Below, one piece after another: positions 63,930 through 64,000 of a stretch of 64,000 nucleotides of DNA. Origin of the DNA: Verrucomicrobiota bacterium (GTDB lineage: Bacteria; Verrucomicrobiota; Lentisphaeria; Lentisphaerales; Lentisphaeraceae); contig JBDKFG010000017.1 of assembly GCA_039798785.1 (NCBI GenBank), forward strand, positions 1 through 64,000. The letters are read 5' to 3'. The position numbers and the translations under genes were made by a program. The notes beneath the pieces are model-generated. The model saw only the letters and a list, made by a program, of their open reading frames with translations. It searched no databases and was not told where the DNA came from. The number at the start of each line of letters is the position of its first letter. Position 1 is the first letter of the stretch.

Positions 63930-64000
63930 ATGTTTTTGACTGGTTCTCTTTTTTTGATGCTGACACAAGCGCCGCACCAGGTAGCGCCTCTGGAGCTGAC
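63930..64000 (+). CDS. Possible 5' fragment of an exported protein, truncated by the window edge
   Basis: MFLTGSLFLMLTQAPHQVAPLEL... is open to the end of the window. Confidence 0.3.
   Translation, partial: MFLTGSLFLMLTQAPHQVAPLEL

Overview
GC-rich chromosomal window, most likely from a PVC-superphylum bacterium. This is inferred from H-X9-DG prepilin-like proteins, a PSCyt/PSD1 + DUF1501 pair and NPCBM enzymes; Lentisphaerota-like is a guess. Contents in order: (1) a minus-strand surface/flagellin glycosylation operon (Maf-like GT, FkbM-GT29-like fusion, NeuA-like cytidylyltransferase, SerA-like dehydrogenase, GT2, HpcH aldolase), interrupted by a REP-associated tyrosine transposase (RAYT) and a VapBC-type module; (2) a DnaA-box-like cluster beside holB; (3) housekeeping genes (can, dapF, mutS2, tRNA-Arg(CCT), tmk, thiE, aroA); (4) a Thg1-like + AAA_33 kinase pair; (5) a MoxR/DUF58/vWA (Bat-like) operon; (6) metX-metW and argB; (7) an NPCBM glycan/glycoprotein-degradation cluster with a repeated 14-bp palindrome; (8) recCBD, araC, PSD1/DUF1501 and an orphan fliJ. 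Most striking observations: the RAYT carries five of its own REPs (about 80 codons) in frame inside its catalytic domain; the glycosylation operon may make and transfer a non-canonical CMP-ulosonic acid; there are two MITE families with TIRs and target-site duplications; and there is a possible oriC or DnaA-binding locus. All calls come from reading motifs by eye. No database searches were run, and several start codons were moved downstream of the ORF-track starts.
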